Source of the DNA: the human T2T-CHM13v2.0 reference genome, Homo sapiens
Assembly (NCBI RefSeq): GCF_009914755.1
Contig: NC_060927.1
Length of the DNA stretch: 64,000 nucleotides
Direction: 5' to 3' (one strand)
The position numbers and the translations under genes were made by a program. Shown piece after piece: positions 56,646-64,000 of the stretch. Position 1 is the stretch's first letter. Each line of letters opens with the position of its first letter. The notes beneath the pieces are model-generated. The model made no database searches and was not told where the DNA came from. It worked only from the letters and a program-made list of their open reading frames with translations.

Positions 56646-56809
56646 CAGGGGAGAGTGCAAATGCAGTTCCCCATTACCACAAATTATGAAGTCGAGTTTC
56701 CCACCTTTGGGGAAATTGCAGGGATCAGCACATCCAGAGTACAATGGAGAAGACTCGCCCTGGGAAAACCACCTTTGTGATCATGGTCTCTCCCCTGATG
56801 GGTAAGTAG
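56646..56809 (-). pseudogene. Full-length U1 snRNA processed pseudogene in intron 2, sense to ALDH1L1
   Basis: Reverse complement reads CTACTTACCCATCAGGGGAGAGACCATGATCACAAAGGTGGTTTTCCCAGGGCGAG...AATTTGTGG...CCCCTG, collinear with U1 over 164 nt. An A-rich tail follows at ~56620-56636. Confidence 0.95.
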
Positions 56810-57216
56810 AGCACTATGTGTTTTGATGGCAGCCCCAGCAATGGTGATGCCGCGCATGCCCACCTTTCAGAATATGGACCCCCAGTTCAGAACATGGAGA
56901 CCTTCCCAATCATGGGTGCTGGGTCAGAGAAGCTCTGTGTGGGACCTGGGACCAGGCTGGGCTTCTCTATAGCCCTTCTCCAGGACCCTAATGCCACCCC
57001 ATGATCAGGTGGGGAGGGGATCTCCAATTTATTCCAGAAAAGCCCAGCAGCCTGTTGGCACTGGAGCAGGATTCAAGGTAGACCACTTATGGCTGCCTCC
57101 CAGCTAGAGCACAGGCCCTGCAGACTTCTGCTCCCAGACTCCCACCTACTGCTTCCCTTCTACCTGGATGGGCGGGCCGCCCTCCATCAGCTTCCCTGCT
57201 CCATTGGCTCACTCAC

Positions 57217-57343
57217 CCAGGGGGTCGGCCTTTCCATCCTTGTCTGGAACAGTGAACACACCCACCACTTCGTGGCCCTCCTTCCTCAGGTGGCAGTAAA
57301 CTTCCTGGCCAAACAGGCTCTGTCCAATCACTGCAATCTTCAT
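57217..57343 (-). CDS. ALDH1L1: ALDH1L1 exon 2 coding part ([10 protein letters not shown]...KADPL); exon begins at 57366
   Basis: Acceptor ctccag| at 57367-68; start context GCTACCATGA; donor CTGG|gtgagt; 127 coding nt. Confidence 0.97.
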
Positions 57344-58079
57344 GGTAGCAGGAGGGTTGGAAGGACCTGGAGAAGGAATAAGGCAGCAATTAGACAGAGA
57401 TCGCTGGTCTCAGAGAAGCCAGCCCTGGTTCAAGACAGGGCAGTTCATGGCACCTGGCCTGCTCTACCCCAGTCCCCTCTGTGGCTCTGTGGGTGGCAGG
57501 CCACTGAGGGGAGACTGCCACTGTAAGAGAGACCAGATGAAACATGTACACATGACCCAATGGATCCCTAATGTCAGAATATTCAATGCGACAGCAGGTG
57601 AGCTGGAAATGGATTGTAGAATTAGGGGATTTCTTTTTGAAACCTTCCAAACTGGCATGGAATGTTGGGTGTCAAGATGTTTGATATGTATTTGAGCATA
57701 TTTCTGTAACTAACCAGTTCTATGGCCTTGGTCAAGTCACACTTGTTCATGAGAAAGATGCCACATCTCTCAAATGGCTTTCAGCCTACAAATTAGGCTT
57801 ATTCCTCTGAGCCAGGAGTCACAAAAGGAGCAAGGGGAGTCCCCGCCGAAGGGGCTGTCCAGCTGAGCTGCAACAGAAAAGGGGCCTGCGTGGGGGCGCC
57901 TGAGGATGAAGGTGGTGGAAAGTGGAATGGGATTCCACTAAGGAAGATGTGTAGAATGAAGCCTAGCTAATCATGCACATTCTCCAAAGATTGGTCATTC
58001 ATTCACCTCACGCATATCTGTAAAACCTGAACTATTATTCACTTAATACAGTTCTTTAAATTGTCCTTTTACGAAAATA

Positions 58080-62475
<4,396 letters not shown>

Positions 62476-62479
62476 AGGT

Positions 62480-62942
62480 TCCCCATATTCAGGGTTTCTT
62501 CTACTTTAAACCGCACCCCTCGTCCTTCTCCACCGGTTCAAAAACTGCTCCAACCAGTCAAACCTCCCCTGCCATTCTCCCTCTCCGGGAAGTGGCCAGG
62601 GTTAAAGGCATTGCTCACGTTCATGTCCCCTTCTCCATGTCTGATTTGTGGCAGATAGAACAGCTTCTGGGATCTTTCTCTAAAAATCCCTCTCATTATC
62701 ACAGGGAATTCCTGCATATAACTCAATCCTTTCATTTAACTTGGCATAACATTTATATAATTCCAAAATCCACCCTTACCTTTAATAAAAAAGAGTGCTC
62801 AGCTTAATTAAAATGGATATCCAAGAAAGTATATTCAAAAGTCCTTTATGTTTTTCTCTTCATAAATCTTGTTTTCCTGAAAAAAGTTTTTTTCTCAGCC
62901 AAAATTACATTTCTCCACTCTGTCTTGCCACTTTTAGTGCAT
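62480..62942 (+). mobile_element. ERV1/MER4-group internal fragment (gag-like remnant)
   Basis: ORF 62592-62807 (HVHVPFSMSDLWQIEQLLGSFSKNP...FHLTWHNI) resembles class I ERV gag capsid (VHVPFSxxDL...F.LTW). Confidence 0.65.
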
Positions 62943-64000
62943 GTTTATAGAAACTTAACAATGTCTTTATTAATAATTTTATTATAAAATTTCATAAACC
63001 ATGTTTTTCAAAATAAATTTGTATCAAATCCAGCTTCCCAAAAATGCTAATAGTTAAGTATATCAATGTACTAAGTAAATCATTCACTCATACCCACTGG
63101 GAAAATTTAATGTTACTGCCCTTCACAGTGAAAAAAAAATCTTTCATTTTAAAAATTAAATTTAAAAATGTTACATAAGTTGGCACTTCAGTAGTGTATA
63201 CACTAGCATTAGTTTATACACTACTTTTGCCACTGGGGAATTCAAGTTAAAATGCCCCTCTGTCATATAGCTCTAAAATACATCTTTCATTCATAATTTC
63301 TGCTCATACAATTAAATAGTTTGGGTCATTTTCATTTATACTATAAAACAAAAGCAAACTAGTCCAGTTTAATTTTTTATACTTAAAATACTGCACATTT
63401 TCTGTATATGAGTCATTCAGATTAGTATCTACGTAGGTTCAGTCAAATCCAACCATAAATTCAAGTTATTATACTATATAAGCCTATAAAATACATAGAA
63501 GTATTATTACGTTGCCTTTATAACAAAACCCAAGAGTCTGTTTCAATTTATAAATTCAGCATTTAAGCAAAAAGATTTTAGTTCCCAAAGTTCTAAAAAA
63601 ATGACAAAACAATAAGGAAAAAAGGAACCAGGGCTTAGTGCCGCATATTTTTCTCTTGGGGTTGTAAGGTAGTCTCCTTCTTTTCAGAACACTTTATTAT
63701 ATTTCACTTATAGACCTAACTTTCTGTGTTGAAGTATAATTCTCATGCTGAAGCTCTAACCTAAAAAGGCAAAAAAAGTTGTCTTCATTGTACAAACATA
63801 TTCATCGCTTTAACAAGATAATAAGGGAACAAAATTTAGAATGCAAGCTAAGTAAGAATACTATCTCTATAAACATGTCCCTAAGATAAACCATAATTGG
63901 CAGCTAATTTACCTGTCTAGAAAATCTCAGTTCCCACCAGCAAAAATATCCTCAGTGGCTAGTGCACCTTAAGAAAAATCTGGCATACTAAATAAATAAT

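Overview
This is mammalian genomic DNA, almost certainly human chr3q21. It carries the whole coding region of ALDH1L1 (cytosolic 10-formyltetrahydrofolate dehydrogenase) on the minus strand. I located 22 coding exons by hand, from the ATG at 57343 to the TGA at 184-186. All introns are GT-AG, and the exon lengths sum to 2709 nt (902 aa plus stop) with consistent phases. The non-coding first exon and promoter lie beyond the right edge. The introns hold Alus, old L1s, L2/MIR, MaLR/ERV LTRs, DNA transposons and a full-length U1 snRNA retrocopy. Nearly all non-exonic ORFs in the six-frame track are chance or shadow ORFs. I find no convincing new biological system. The items most worth a second look are three short local duplications (one copies the exon-6 splice acceptor into intron 7), an Alu inserted 19 nt from the exon-8 boundary, the sense-oriented U1 retrocopy, and an unidentified 3'UTR-like segment with a strong hairpin fused to ERV sequence at the right end. 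Repeat family names and repeat boundaries come from remembered consensus sequences and are approximate.
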